From the NCBI GenBank assembly GCA_951406725.2, contig OX597821.1:7006001-7070000 (forward strand): a stretch of DNA of 64,000 nt, read 5' to 3'. The stretch is from Octopus vulgaris. Lineage: Eukaryota. Of this stretch, positions 1 through 13,805 are shown in pieces; position 1 is the first letter of the stretch, and each line of letters begins with the position of its first letter. The notes below the pieces were generated by a model. The model saw only the letters and a list, made by a program, of their open reading frames with translations. It ran no database searches and had not been told where the DNA came from. A program made the position numbers and the translations under genes.

Positions 1-131
1 TATGTATAAGAAAAGATTGTATATCTAAATATTATGCAAGTATTGTATGTGTATTTACTCTTCTCTGTTCCAAGTTATAGGACACCGTTTTATATTTAAG
101 TATCTGAAATTATGGGTAGTAGGGAGAGACA

Positions 132-177
132 CTCCTGAAGGGCCGTTTCATGGTTTGTTGACCGATCCTCAGAGAAG
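132..177 (-). ncRNA. Degenerate minimal hammerhead ribozyme motif
   Basis: Minus strand reads CTTCT-CTGAGGA-TCGGTCAACAAACCAT-GAAA-CGGCCCT-TC-AGGAG. Helix I is CTTCT/AGGAG, the core is canonical, helix III is near-palindromic and helix II is imperfect. Confidence 0.5.
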
Positions 178-324
178 ATTAACTGGTTTCCTTCCCCAAA
201 CAGCTCATCTGCGATATAAGTCAATCATGAAGTAGGCCACCGCTATGGTGGATAGCCTAATTGTGCTTTTTATGGCTCGTCATAATTTAAATAAATTTTA
301 AGATAATGCCAGTAATTTCGGGGA

Positions 325-460
325 AGAAGCAACTGGTACTTATTTTGTCGACCCCGAAAGGGTAAAAGACAAAAAGCTACTGCGGCTGAATTTGAACTCA
401 GAACATAAAGACGAACGAAATACCGCTAAGCATTTCGCCCGGCGGGCTAAGGATTCTATT
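325..460 (-). mobile_element. tRNA-derived SINE family A (central motif TTTCATCCTTTCGGGGTCGATAAATTAAGTACCAG), partial
   Basis: Matches by eye the many other copies in the window (e.g. 28536, 43714). Confidence 0.75.
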
Positions 461-465
461 AGTTA

Positions 466-822
466 GCCCCAAAGCAAACAATGCTGGATCATAGATATAG
501 CATGCCCTGCTAACAACAAGGTATGCGATAAGGAAGAAAGAAAAGTCGATAGATTTGACAGGTTAGCTTTGGAGATTAAACAGTTGTGGTCAATGAAAAT
601 TGTCGGAGCCCTGTGAACAGTGAGTAAAAATCTTGAGAAGTACATGGAAGAAATATAGATGCAATAAGAGTGGAGCACTTGCAGAAAACAGTACTGCTTG
701 GAACCGCTCGAATACTCCGGAAGGTGCTCGAAAAATAAGGGGTGTTACCTTAGTTCACTGGCAGTGAACAGATGACACCGTAGTACATCGCCAGTGTTAG
801 AAGCTGTGCAAAGATTATAAAA
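466..822 (+). mobile_element. R4/Dong-clade non-LTR retrotransposon 3' fragment (restriction-like endonuclease), decayed
   Basis: Translates CWIIDIACPANNKVCDKEERKVDRFDRLALEIKQLWSMK..IVGAL*..LQKTVLLGTARILRKVLEK*, homologous to the 19259-19498 ORF. Ends in an AAT tail. Confidence 0.75.
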
Positions 823-835
823 TAATAATAATGAT

Positions 836-1050
836 CCTTTCTACTATAGGCACAAGGCCAGGAATATTTTGATAGGGAGGGGGATATTCGATTGCATCAA
901 CCCCAGTGTTTCACTCGGACTTAATTTATCGACTCAGAAAGGATAAATGGCAAATTCGACCTCCGCGGAATTTGAACTCACAACGTGAAGTCAGACGAAA
1001 TGCCGCTAAGCAATCGCCCAGGCTGCTAACGTTTGTACCAGTTCGACGCC

Positions 1051-1082
<32 letters not shown>

Positions 1083-1292
1083 CCTTTCTACTATGGGCAC
1101 AAGTCCTGTAATTTTGGAGGAGAGGCCAGTCGATTAGATCGACCCTTTTACGCAACTGGTACTTAATTTATCGACCCCGAAAGGATGACTGGCAAAGCCG
1201 ATCCCGGCGAAATTTGAACTCAGAACGTAGCAACGGTCGAAATACCGCTAAGCATTCCGTCCAGTGTGCTAATGATTCTGCCAGCACACCGC
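836..1292 (-). mobile_element. Two tandem SINE family A copies separated by (AAT)n
   Basis: Both contain TTTATCGACCCCGAAAGGATGA..GAATTTGAACTCAGAACG..ACCGCTAAGCA or close variants. Confidence 0.8.
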
Positions 1293-1306
1293 CGTAGTAG
1301 TAGTTG

Positions 1307-1337
<31 letters not shown>

Positions 1338-1338
1338 T

Positions 1339-1896
1339 AAATGCTCTGATGCAGTACCAGGCAGTGGCTCTCATGGCTTCTGATCTTAACTGATTGGAAG
1401 TGTTATCATGTACATTGTTTTGTCTTAGTATAAAAGATGGCCTACAGCAAATATTCTGCTCAATACCACAGATTTGCTTGTCAGTTATTTGACCTTAACC
1501 AGTTGACCATGTCCATTGGTGGCTGACGTTATGTGCATCTCTGATCACGAGCAGAAGTAGTTGGGGATCATCATAGCCGTTTGTTGAAAGGAATTCTTAG
1601 AGGTTTGGATAATTCACCTTTGGAAACATGGGTGGTTCGTTCAACATCCTTAAACAACCCTTATTCAAGGACCTGTTGAGCGGGACGGGCTACTCGACCA
1701 GGAGAAAATTCTAACTGGGCCCCACCTGCAAGGTCATGTGCTATTTATCTTGATATGAGATCACCATGTTGCACACACATGGTTGTGATGCATGTGCCTA
1801 GTGTACCCTTATCAGACGAGTAGTCATGATGGGTGTACTGGGCTTCGTATATTTTACCCCAGTGTCACCTTGATGTCATGCATTGCTCTCTCACTC

Positions 1897-1897
<1 letters not shown>
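1339..1897 (+). repeat. Interspersed repeat bounded by (AAT)n, probably a retroelement 3' UTR
   Basis: About 560 bp of non-coding sequence between two (AAT)n tracts, running directly into (AAT)n like the Dong-type 3' ends. Family not confirmed. Confidence 0.4.
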
Positions 1898-1948
<51 letters not shown>

Positions 1949-2614
1949 GCAACAAGCGTTTCTGTTTTAAGCACAAGGCCAGAAATGGCGAGGGGATGGG
2001 GGTGTAAAGCAGTCGATATATTGATAAATACGTAAATCAACCAAACAATGTTTTAATTAAGTATGGTTATTAAGTGAAGCAAAGTTCTATGCAATACGAC
2101 AGGATATACTGTAAATCTTGTGTGAGACAGTGGCGCGCGACTGAGCCATTGTGTTCTTTCAAGATTTGTTAATTAAGCACGTGGAAAAACCTCAGGCGAA
2201 TTGTGATGAGTAAATATATAGAGAGGAAATTAAATAGAAACAGAAACAACCAGAAACGTTATTACGTGGGCTGTTGCTGCTCCGACATGTACGAAGTTTG
2301 AGCTGTTTTGCATATGAATTGATTCATTAATAGACCGCTGTTGTAACCTTGCTGTTTGATTGGCCAGAGAGAAAGAGGGAGAAAGAGGGAGAGGAAGAAA
2401 AAGAAGGGGAGAAAGGGGGAGAGAGGAGGAAAACACTAGAGGGTTTGAAAACACACACAAACACACGTAATGTCAATATGTTGTTTCTTTGATCAGTAGA
2501 CAAACACATTTTCAGACATACACACACGAGCGCACACTCACTCACGCACAATTGATGACCAAATAATCAGATTCTATTATGTTTATTGTTATCAATACTT
2601 TAAGTACCCTCAAG

Positions 2615-3245
2615 GTTAGTGGACTGATATACTGGCACTCCGTCGGTTGCGACGACGAGTTAATCCGAGCCGGTTGGTGAAATTAATGAGCAAGTAACTG
2701 AGCACTCCACAGACGCGCATACCCATAACGTAGTATTCGGGGATATTCAGGGTAACACATAATATAACAAGGCTGGCTTTTGAATTACAGACACAACACA
2801 TATTTTGGCAGCTGAGTGGAATGGAGCAACGTGGAATAGAGTGTTTTGCTCAAGTACACAACACACCGCTAGGAATCGAACTCACGGCCTTACTATCATA
2901 AGCCGATTGCCCTAACTACTAAGCCACACGCCGACACGGATTTGTAGAAAGGATTCGGTGTAAGATCGGGCAAAATATCGAATGCCATATAAAGGTAAAG
3001 TTACCGTTCAAGTCATACCGGTTCATAAGGGCCGGTTTCCCGATTTCCATGGCGTATAAATTTTTCACCTGGACGGGACCCCGGTCCGTCGCAGGATTAC
3101 TCATTTTTGCCAGCTGAGTAGATTGGAGCAACGTGAAATAAAGTGTCTTGCTCAAGAACACAATGCGTTGCCCGGTCCAGGAATCGAAACCATAATCTTA
3201 CGATCATGTGTCGAAAAACCCTTACCACTAAGCCGCGCGCCTCCA
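2615..3245 (-). mobile_element. Two adjacent tRNA-derived SINEs with heads related to family C
   Basis: tRNA-like heads on the minus strand (GTGGAGGCGCGCGGCTTAGTGGTAAGG..GGTTTCGATTCC). The 3' tail of the left copy is shared with 47650-47748. Confidence 0.65.
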
Positions 3246-3309
3246 CTGAGTTCAACACCCTAACGAATATATGGTGTTAAGTTGATAAATATTCTTCCAT
3301 TACTAATTT

Positions 3310-3520
3310 CTAATCACACATGTTCCTTGTACCGGAGCTGTGACTTTTCAATGCTGAGAAATAGCGGCTCGATCCGTAGACACTCTCTGATCTCTGAGAT
3401 ACGTATTCTGTCTTTCAGAGGAACCCCATTTTGGCCGCTTGAATTCGTGTTCGTACAATTTCGCTAATTACTCAACATCCATGACCAAAGGTGAGGATAG
3501 ACACGAAAACCGAACTGAAG
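3310..3520 (-). mobile_element. RTE-clade LINE 3' fragment, decayed
   Basis: Minus strand encodes VSILTFGHGC*VISEIVRTRIQAAKMG..LKDRIRISEIRECLRIEPLFLSIEKSQLRY, typical of the RTE C-terminus. Confidence 0.6.
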
Positions 3521-4491
3521 ATGGCAACACATCCTTCTTTATTTGAGATGGTGCTTTGAGGGAGAATTTAGTTGTAATTTCTTCTTTATGATACACAAAA
3601 CGCCCATCTAAATGTGTTCCCTAGTTGGGTCAATTAGATTTATTTGTTGACACAACACAGTACTGATGATAAGACACGAACCAATGATCTTTCACGTTGA
3701 TGGAATGTCCTACACTATCTCTTAGGTTATACACACAGCAAAAACATAAAGAGTAACGCGCTAACGCGAGGACCTCTCTACGGTCATCCAACCAGGAAGA
3801 AATAACAGTCAAATCCCTTTCAATTATATCCTATTATTTTAAATAAAATTAAGGGGTTATTTAGTTGTGGGTATACACAAACACGTGATGGTCTTGTCTT
3901 AAACGTTTTTGACCATAGGACAGCTTTATCAATGCTGAGAGATAGACATTATCATCGTCAACAACAGCAGTGACGTAAATTAGAAGATTGACAGATGGCT
4001 AACATTTCTTGAAAGACTGGAATGGTTGTCAGGGGTAGACGGACGTGATATACGAGAGAGTCAGTGAGGAGTCGCCCATCATTTGATGATGAAATAACTG
4101 GGAACTTTCGACAGGAGGAAGCGATAATGATACTTCAATATTTCAACAGCAGAAACACAGAAGCTGAGCGTAATATATTATATCCAAGATTGCTGAGGAC
4201 AGAGATGGCTCATCCGTGATGTAAGACCGGAAGCAGAAAGGCGACTGCTGTGATGTTTTAAAGCGTTAATACGTTAGAGACACAGAACTCGTGAACGCAG
4301 ACATGTAGACGCCATAGCAAAGCCAGAGAAAAAAATAGCAATAAAAGACAGAAAGAAAATGCAGACGACAGTAGAAGCTGAAAGAGAATATGTCAATGCC
4401 GGCGGTTTATATTTTTATCAACGCATAAACACCTAATCTAACGCGCAGGATATTATCTTTATTTATTATTTAAACACAAACACTCACATAC

Positions 4492-4559
<68 letters not shown>

Positions 4560-4894
4560 TGAGGGAGAGAGATACATATATATAAATACTACACAATCAT
4601 CATGCATGCATATGTGTATGTGTGTGTGTTTAAATATTCAAACTATTTTGTCTTCGTTATTTTTTCCAATGTAAAAAAAATTAATTGAAACTAAACTTTA
4701 CAGAAGAATAAAATCCTCGTCAAAATAAACTGCTAAGAAGTCTTTTTTTGTTTTGTTTTTGTAAAAGAATATTTTTGTAATTTATGTATTTATTCATTTA
4801 TTGAATGTGTTTATGAAAAGTTGAACTAATAAATCTCATTTCCTAAAAATTCATTTTCAAACGATAAAATTAGCCTCACCATCACCTTCAGCAT

Positions 4895-4926
<32 letters not shown>

Positions 4927-5132
4927 TCGCCGTCGTCATTGTTATCATCATCATCACCATCGCCATTTTTTTAGTTTTTTCAATCTTCATGACGTTGATT
5001 TTGTTTTTAAGAATCTCTCTGAAACGTCTAACTTAAATTTTTTTTATTTGTTTTTGTCATTTTTGTTTTCCCATTCAACAGCCATCTTTGTTCAGCAACC
5101 AGTCCAGTGGTTTAAATATTTAAGGGCTAATA

Positions 5133-5666
5133 CAGTGGTCCTTAACCGAGGTCCATATGACCATTGGGGGTCCATATAAGAATTTGTTGTTAAAATTTAA
5201 ATTGCTTATACTTCTAATAAAAACCCTAAGCATCGGCCATTTCAAGCCTAGCCAGGCTCATGGGCCCGCTTTCCCGGTTTCTGTGGCGTATGTGTCCCCC
5301 CCCCCCACCAGCTGAATGGGATGCCAGTCCAGGAAGAGAGAGTGAGAGAAAGTTGTGGCGAAAGAGTACAACAGGGTCGCCACCATCCCCTGCAAGATTG
5401 TGGAGCTTTTAGGTATTTTCGCTCAATAAACACACACAACGCCCGGTCTGGTAATCGAAACCGCGATCTTCCGACCGCGAGTCCGCTGCCCTAACCACTG
5501 GGCCATTGCGCCTCTTGCTTATACTTCTACAGTAGACGAAATATTTTAACAAACTTTTATACAATTCTTAATATCTAATTATAAAAATATAGGGTTTTTT
5601 AAAAAAGCATCAAATGAGTTGAGTAAAATAAGAATCAAATAGAGAAAAAATGGTTGAGTATCACTG
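5133..5666. mobile_element. hAT-type MITE with a nested SINE insertion
   Basis: Imperfect TIRs CAGTGGTCCTTAACC / GGTTGAGTATCACTG. The nested chimeric SINE (5217-5514, minus) is flanked by the 15-bp duplication TTGCTTATACTTCTA (5202-5216, 5515-5529). Confidence 0.7.
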
Positions 5667-5699
5667 ATCTAACGCGTTAGGCTTCCGTATATGTAATAT

Positions 5700-5787
5700 G
5701 CTCTTTACTCTTTACTCTTTTACCCTTTTACTTGTTTCAGTCATCGGTTGTCAAGCGATGTTGTGGAGACAAACGCAGACACACAAA

Positions 5788-5860
<73 letters not shown>

Positions 5861-6023
5861 GACGGGCTTCTTTCAGTTTCCGTCAACCAAATCCACTCAC
5901 AAGGCTTTGGTCGGCCCGAGGCTATAGTAGAAGATACTTGCCCAAGGTGCCACGCGGTGGGACTGAACCCGGAACAATGTGGTTGGTTAGCAAGCTACTT
6001 ACCACACAGCCACTCCTGCACCT
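5700..6023 (-). mobile_element. tRNA-derived SINE family B (CORE-like motif GGCACCTTGGGCAAGTGTCTTCT; internal microsatellite)
   Basis: Head GGTGCAGGAGTGGCTGTGTGGTAAG..GGGTTCAGTCCC. Same family as 28772, 41400, 51588 and 52008. Confidence 0.8.
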
Positions 6024-6960
6024 ATAGTTGATCTAAGTTTTAAAAACTTACATCAACTGAAATTATCGATTTAATTATTCGAAGATAATCTTCTCCCAGG
6101 GCCGTTAAGATAAAAAAAAGATAAAACAAACAAGAAAGTTTACCCAGTTAGATCGATTGGTCTATATTTATGGACACTATAGACAAACCTGGCTGGAGTG
6201 GACCCAATGAATTGGTGCTCTTTCGAACGACGCATCATTCACGTGAAACCAAGACATTAACGCTAAACCAGTGCTGACTTCATGTACAGTATTTATTAGC
6301 GACAGAGGCAATATTTTAACAAGCTCACTGGCTAATCGCGGCACTAGTACCTGTCCTGATACTGTTATTCTATACATCGCTGGTGAGGAGATGAGTCGCT
6401 GCTATCTCTAGCGGTTGAACATCCATCATTGACGATACCAAGGAAGGTCGAATTCGCGTGATCTGGTTGGCTCGGTGCTAGAGATGGCTAGGAATAACCT
6501 CCCTGCTAGAGACATAAACGAGCGTGCATTTTGTACCAAAAGCCAACATAAGAGTTTCTCTAGGACTATCTATCGCAATAAAGTTTGTTCTGCTTAAGCT
6601 TCACGTTTAAGTAGGGATAAATATTACTTCATGTACAGTGTTCTGGAAAATGTCTCATTGTCCCATTGTCATGCCTATTTTGTTACCTTCAGCAAACCGA
6701 AAACACAATCACTACATATAGCAAGAGAGCATTATCAGTTCTCAGAAGACATGTATCTAGAACTCTCAAAGCTATTTAAAACAGTAAATGGAGAATGTTC
6801 CTGCGCAGGGGTACCAGGAACAGAAGATGCTGATGTTTAAGAAGCGAAAAAGTAAATTTGACAATGGAGGTGAGGATCATTTTAGATGGGACCAAATGAA
6901 ATGGATTGCGTTGGAGACCAAGATAAATGGCGCAAGGCACTCTTCGCAGTTCCGGTGCTA

Positions 6961-7932
6961 GTCTTCAACCATCTTAACCCCTGATGGAGAAACATCATCT
7001 TTCTCGATCGAGGCCGGAATACTGCAGGGAGACACACTCGCCCCATTTCTTTTCATCATTGTTGTTGATTATGTGCTACGTATGTCAGTTGATACCATCT
7101 CTGGCAAGGGCTTTAAAATAAAACCAAGAAGACGTTCCAGACACCCTGCTGAGTACTTGACAGACACTGACTTTGCTGACGACATCGCTCTCATCAGTGA
7201 TTCTCTCTCCAATGCCCAGTCTCTTTTACAATCTCTTGAACAAGCCTCAAATTGTGTAGGTCTTTACCTTTATGAGACCAACACTGAATACATAAACAAG
7301 TGCCTGTCTAACAGTGATTGCATCATCCATACTCTCAACAATGCACCTTTAAATATGGTTTCTGATTATAAATATCTTGGGTCACACATATCATCATCTG
7401 GAAAAGACTTTCTAACTAGAAAGGGTATGGCCTGGTCAGCCTGTAATGACATGCATAAGATCTGGTCATCAAATCTAAGTAGAGACTTCAAACTTGAAAT
7501 ATTCAAAGCCACAGTCGAACCAATCCTACTATATGGCTCAGAAACCTGGACGTTATCAAAGAAGCTTGAGAGGCGGTTGGATGGAACCTACACTCGCCTC
7601 CTTATGAGAGCTCAAAATCTCTCGTGGAGGCGCCATCCAACTAAAATGCAAATATATGGGAAATTACCACCTGTGTCATCTCTTGTGAAGGGTAGGAGAG
7701 TCCAGTTTGCTGGACATTGTTGTAGAGCTGAAAAAGAGGTAATTTCTACTCTTCTCCTCTGGAAGCCATCTACTCGCAACACCAGAGGGCGCACACTCTC
7801 CTACCCTGATGTAATCTCCAGGGATACAGGCATCCAGCAACAGGACCTCCGTAATGCTATGATGGACCGTGAAGTCTGGCGCAACATGGTAAATTCCATT
7901 GTCTCGACCACGGTCGAACAATGATGATGATG
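6961..7932 (+). mobile_element. RTE-clade LINE, 5'-truncated, reverse transcriptase frame open 6962-7924
   Basis: GILQGDTLAPFLF, FADDIAL, YKYLGS and LLYGSETWT motifs. The stop codon is followed directly by a (TGA)n tail. Confidence 0.92.
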
Positions 7933-8199
7933 AAAGTTGTAATGTCAAGTAAATTCGTCTAGTTTTCAGGGTGGGTGAATTTCTTTCTTTCTGAACGTTT
8001 CTAGTACAGTTATGATTAAACCTTTTGGGGCACTTAGGGTTGTGAGTTTTACGTTGTGTGGTTGTGGGGGATATGCTTAAGATGGATGGCTTCAGTCACC
8101 TTTCTAGCTTTTTATCTGGTTGGATCAAGAGTGAAATACAAATGTTGCTCGAAATAACTCGTATAGAATTGATGGAACCACGCCCATTCAGCTGACCTA

Positions 8200-8467
8200 A
8201 ATTGGCGGAGAGTCAGTGACGTAGAGGAGCGTTGCATAAGGAGCATGTTTTAGTATAAGTTGAGTTTGGAAGAAAGAAAAAGGTCGAAAGTGTTTGGTGT
8301 GTCTGTGTCCAGGTGAGGGATGTCCGCAGAGGATAAAATCACTGGTTGTTCGATAAGAAATGGTGACTGAATACAAAAACAATAATGATTCTTTTTTTAA
8401 ATCATCACACAGGATTGTGAGGATTAAAAACGATAAAGAAAATATTGTTGTTGTTGTTGTTGATGAC

Positions 8468-8518
<51 letters not shown>

Positions 8519-8626
8519 AACGACGATGAAGACGACGACGACGGCGACAATAATGACGACGATGATGAGCCGATAACGACGACGACGATAATTATTATGA
8601 CGATGACGCCGACGCTAACGATGATG

Positions 8627-8663
<37 letters not shown>

Positions 8664-8696
8664 TGATGATGATGATGATGATGATGATGGTGATGG

Positions 8697-8737
<41 letters not shown>

Positions 8738-8750
8738 GTGGTGGTGATGG

Positions 8751-8782
<32 letters not shown>

Positions 8783-9420
8783 ATGATGATGATGATGATG
8801 GTGATTGTAATGATGATGATGGTGATGGTGATGGTGATGGTGATAGTGATGATGATGATGTAAAGAGCTGAAACTTCAGGAAGATTCGGTTTCTGAACCG
8901 ACAGGGTGAGTGAGGAGCAACGAGCATTGCGAACAGTGAAGTCTTCGAAGATGATGGTTTCAGCGAAGAACGAAGAGAGAGTGAGTGAAAGAGGGAGAGG
9001 GGAGAGATAGAGAGAGAGAGAGAGAGAGATGGGGAATGAGAGAAGGTGGGGGGGTGTTCGTGATGCAGGAAGTGATTTGGTTGAATAATTGTTGGTGGTT
9101 GGTAGAGTTATGGACAAAGGTAGAGGAAGCAGATGTATTTAGAAGAGTGGAGAGGAAAGACTTTAAGCCAGAGTGATTAGAAGCCTTTGCTGTGAGAGAG
9201 GTGAGTAACAGACAGAGAGGAGTCTACGTAAGCGCCATGCACTACCATCCGGAGAGAAATTAGAATAAAGTAAAAACCTTGACTACGGAGATGGATTGGA
9301 GACAGGGGTTAAATCTGTGTCTATTTACAGTGAAGTTTAGATACAGACCGTAGCTTGAGAGAGGCGGATTATAGATGAGTGTTGAGAGATTGTGTGAAGA
9401 AGAGAAATAAGATGTGTGAT
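8200..9420 (-). mobile_element. Decayed LINE AP-endonuclease region split by a trinucleotide tract
   Basis: Fragments read AYVDSSLSVTHL, SSKYICFLY, HQQLFNQITSC and TPNTFDLFLSS, resembling APE-domain motifs. Many frameshifts. Confidence 0.45.
8445..8860. repeat. Compound (GAT)/(GAC)/(GGT) microsatellite
   Basis: Seen directly in sequence. Confidence 0.95.
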
Positions 9421-9750
9421 TTACGTTTGTAAGAGGCAGTATGTGTAGGTCTGAGATGGAATAAAATCCACGGATATAAGAGATGAAAGAGAATTATCCA
9501 GCTCAGTTCAGAGTTAGTTTTCTTGCTTCTAAGGAAGTGGTACGTGATGCAGGTGAGCCGGGTGGTCACAGCCACCGCATCCCGTCTGATTGCTTGCGAC
9601 GTTATGACTTCAGCTGCATTGATAATCATGTCGATGTGTTTCAGGTGTATGTGTGTGTATGTGATATATGTGTGTGAGTGATATACGCGTGTGCGTGTCT
9701 GTGTGATATGTGTGTGTGTATGTATATATGTACAGTTACATATGTATTGC

Positions 9751-9801
<51 letters not shown>

Positions 9802-9962
9802 AAATATATAATCATATATCTATTTACAGACACACTCGTATACATATATATATAGATAGATATATATATATGCATATATCTACATATATCTACATACATA
9901 CATACATACATACATACATACATACATTCCTACATACATACATACATACATACATACATACA

Positions 9963-9993
<31 letters not shown>

Positions 9994-10332
9994 GTGTCGT
10001 ATGTGTATATATATGAGTGTGTGTATATGTGTGTATGTATATATATATACGAATATATATATGAATTTATATATATGCGGATATGTGTAAACATATATAT
10101 AAATATATACATATATCCATATATTTGCATGCATATACATACATTATATATACGTGTCTGTGTGTGTCTGTATATATGTATGTATATATATGTGTGAGTG
10201 TGTGTGTATGTATATATATATATATATATATATTCAGAGATTTTAAATGACATTAGTTAATATCAAAATGGTAAAAGTGTAGTTAGCCTGCATATTGCAC
10301 TTATATGTACATGTGTATGAAGATGTGAGAGA

Positions 10333-10380
<48 letters not shown>

Positions 10381-10662
10381 ATATGCATGCGCTATTACGT
10401 GCACGTGTTAGAGGCAAGGTAATACATCGCTTTTAAACATCTTTCGTGTACCGGCGCTAAATGCCGAAATATGCCGAACTATTCCGAATTTTCCCGAACA
10501 ATGACGATCTCCGATAGCAAAGTGAATGTGACAGAATCAGAAGGGACGAGTGATATTGTAATTAACAGTTGCTGACAGATGTAATAACTCACTTTTGTAA
10601 TTAGCATCGGATAATCTTCTGCTTGAACGATTTTGCTCTGTGAATACGAAAGTATCGACAGG

Positions 10663-10723
<61 letters not shown>

Positions 10724-10899
10724 CGGCGGTGGTGGTGGTGAGTTGGTGGCGTGATAGTAGTAGTAGTAATTGTTGTCGTTGTTGTTGCTGGTGGTGGTCG
10801 CGGTGGTGGTGGTGGTAATGGTGGTACTAGTTGGTAGTGGTGGTTATGGTGGTGGTGGTGGTGGTGGTGGTGGTGGTGGTGGTGGTGGTGGTGGTGGTG

Positions 10900-10947
<48 letters not shown>

Positions 10948-11135
10948 AGGCGGTCAACTTGGTTAGATACGTCAGACAGAATATCTTGCGGCAGTGGTTT
11001 TCCCCGTTTCTCTTTGAGCACAGAGTTCGAATTTGGGAGAGAACAAATTCGTGTTTCGTTCTATCGGGGCTGATGAATGACGTAAGTGTTCTATACTGAG
11101 GTCTCGATTCTTTCCATCCTATCCCGTTTCTCACA

Positions 11136-11170
<35 letters not shown>

Positions 11171-11187
11171 TGTGTGTGTGTGTGTGT

Positions 11188-11225
<38 letters not shown>

Positions 11226-11597
11226 TGCCGTAAGGTTTTATTTCCACACACGCCACCTTAATTTAATTCGCCCTTTGTCGAAAGACACCCGTTGTTATGT
11301 CCTGCTATTTGTATTTGTGTTACATTCTCTGTTTTTTTCCGTCCTTGTTTTCGTATACATTCGCTGCTTTCTTCCAAGGAATCTAATGCTCTTAGCTTGG
11401 TTTTTCCTTGGGGTGGCCAGATTGGAGCAATCTCGAGTATAACCAGCCGAAATTGCAAGGATAATCTGGAACTCGACTGAAGAAAGAAAACTCCGAATGA
11501 CCCATCCTTGTTTTCTTTGTATCGTTTATCTGGATGTTTTGTTGTCCCTTTTTTGTAACACCTGTCTGGATGTTTTGCGTTCTTGCCCCATTTTGTA

Positions 11598-11600
<3 letters not shown>
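11226..11600 (+). mobile_element. Non-coding element embedded in (TA)n; a truncated second copy lies at about 45110-45203
   Basis: (TA)n on both sides. The segment TTCCGTCCTTGTTTT..ACATTCGCTGCTTTCTTCCAAGGAATCTAATGC recurs near 45130. Confidence 0.65.
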
Positions 11601-11633
<33 letters not shown>

Positions 11634-11754
11634 CGTAGGAGTGGTTGTGTGGTAAGTAGCTTACTTACCAACCACATGATCAAAATGACTGAAACAAGTA
11701 AAAGTGTAAGAGTGTTCATACATACATACATACATACATACATACATACATGCT

Positions 11755-11797
<43 letters not shown>

Positions 11798-12435
11798 GCA
11801 TATGTACCTGTATTTACACATACAAATATATACACACGCACTCAAATACACACAAATGCACTCCCACACACACTTTCTCTCTCTCTCGCTCACACACACA
11901 CACACACACACACACCAACATACACAAGCATCCATACAGGCACACGTTCATATCACCAAGTCTACAAATCATCCGAGCTAAGCAGAACTGAGAAACCATA
12001 CACTGTCTGACACACAACTACTTGTAGAAAAAACATCCGAGGCAAAAGCTCACAGCCCTGGCTGTCAACTTCATTCATCAGCGCCAGATATGACAAACGG
12101 TCTTTGTTACAGTTTGCGATGTGTGCCAATACCAATAAGCTGTTAATCTCTTGAATAGGATGGAGTACAGAGACAATGAGTACGAAGTAATGTCAATTAA
12201 TGGTATTTAGCAGTTCGTAGTAAATGTTGATGAGATAATTAGGTAATTGCATAATTAGGGGCATTCTATTTTAAGGACTTGCTACATGTCTTAGGAATTT
12301 ACTATAGGGTAATTCGGTGCATGTATCCCTGTAAATGTGTGTGTATGTGTGTGTGTGCATGTGTATGTGTGTGTGTGTGAACGTGCACGTGTGTTCATGT
12401 GAGTGTACGTGTGTGTATACAGACATATATACATT

Positions 12436-12553
<118 letters not shown>

Positions 12554-12661
12554 TCACACACACACATGCATATATGGGTACGGGACGTCACCAACTTTGC
12601 AAATAATATGAAATACGTAAACAAACAAAGGAAAAACTAGGGAATATATATATATGCCAGA

Positions 12662-13805
12662 AAACTAGTAGAGATACCCGGCGTTGCCCGTGTTACATGC
12701 AATCGAAGAATTGAGCTTTTCTGTTATATTTTCTCTAATGAACTGGATACCTATAATTCGAATTTCATCAAAATTGCAAATGAGGTTTCTTTCCCTCTTT
12801 ACACACCCAAAAAAATTCTAATCATGACACATGTATCCCATACTACTGATCTTTATCCAAAAATCCAGTCTTATGGAACCTGTTAAAAGTATTTTGCTCT
12901 GGAAAAATGGATGTCATGGAGCTCTATTGGGGGTGGGTATCTTAATGTCAACCAGAGAAGTTGAATTGTTGAGAATCTTTTTAACTTGGGTCTTATATGT
13001 ATTGTTCGAATTTCTTTGATATAGAAAATATATGTGTGTTCACTGGGTTTGTAAAAGAGAGCAAAGCTACAGGAAACCTGTTTCTTTATCTCCCACAAGG
13101 GGCTAAACATAGAGCCATTGCAGGGGAAGAAAACGCAAAGTTTAAGGCAAAGAAACAAAACACACACACACACACACACACAGCACAGCGTAAAGTAAAC
13201 AACTCGGCGAGAAAGCTTGAAGCGAAATGGCCGCGAGAGAGAGACAAGTGAAGAGGCTGCGGATCTGAGCATCGGTCAAAGCACCAATCATAGGCCAGAT
13301 TACAAAATAGAAAGCTGTGGTTCGTCGTCTTTCTCCATTGCACCAATCACAGCCCGTCTTAAGTTCAAATACCCCTCAATATACTGTTTTGCTATTTTAT
13401 GCTTGTTTTGTTGTTCCTTCACTAGGAAATAATATTTATTATTAATATTTTAATGGATTTAATGAAAAATTTTAGGCGTTCATATATATATATTTTTAAA
13501 ATCCGCGAAGTCGTGAATCCGCGATAGTTGGACCGCAAAGTAGCGAGGGATTACTGTATCTGACATTACAATAGAGAGATGTTATTGTTTCACTTTTGAC
13601 ACGTAATTCTGAAATAGTGGAGGAGATATGATATTGCTCTCGGCTCGCACTAGGCATGAAGTTAAAAGGTTTTTTGGCCTATGACACTACATGGATCCTA
13701 AGTAAGGCATGTGTATAATTTGAATGAAATTGGTTGTGGAGTTCTCACGTTTTAGGGATTCACACAGACACACAGACAGACAGACATTCACACACACATT
13801 CTTTT

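Noticed and set aside
4190-4250. CTGAGGA..GAAA as a hammerhead
   Set aside because: Flanking helices do not pair; likely chance.
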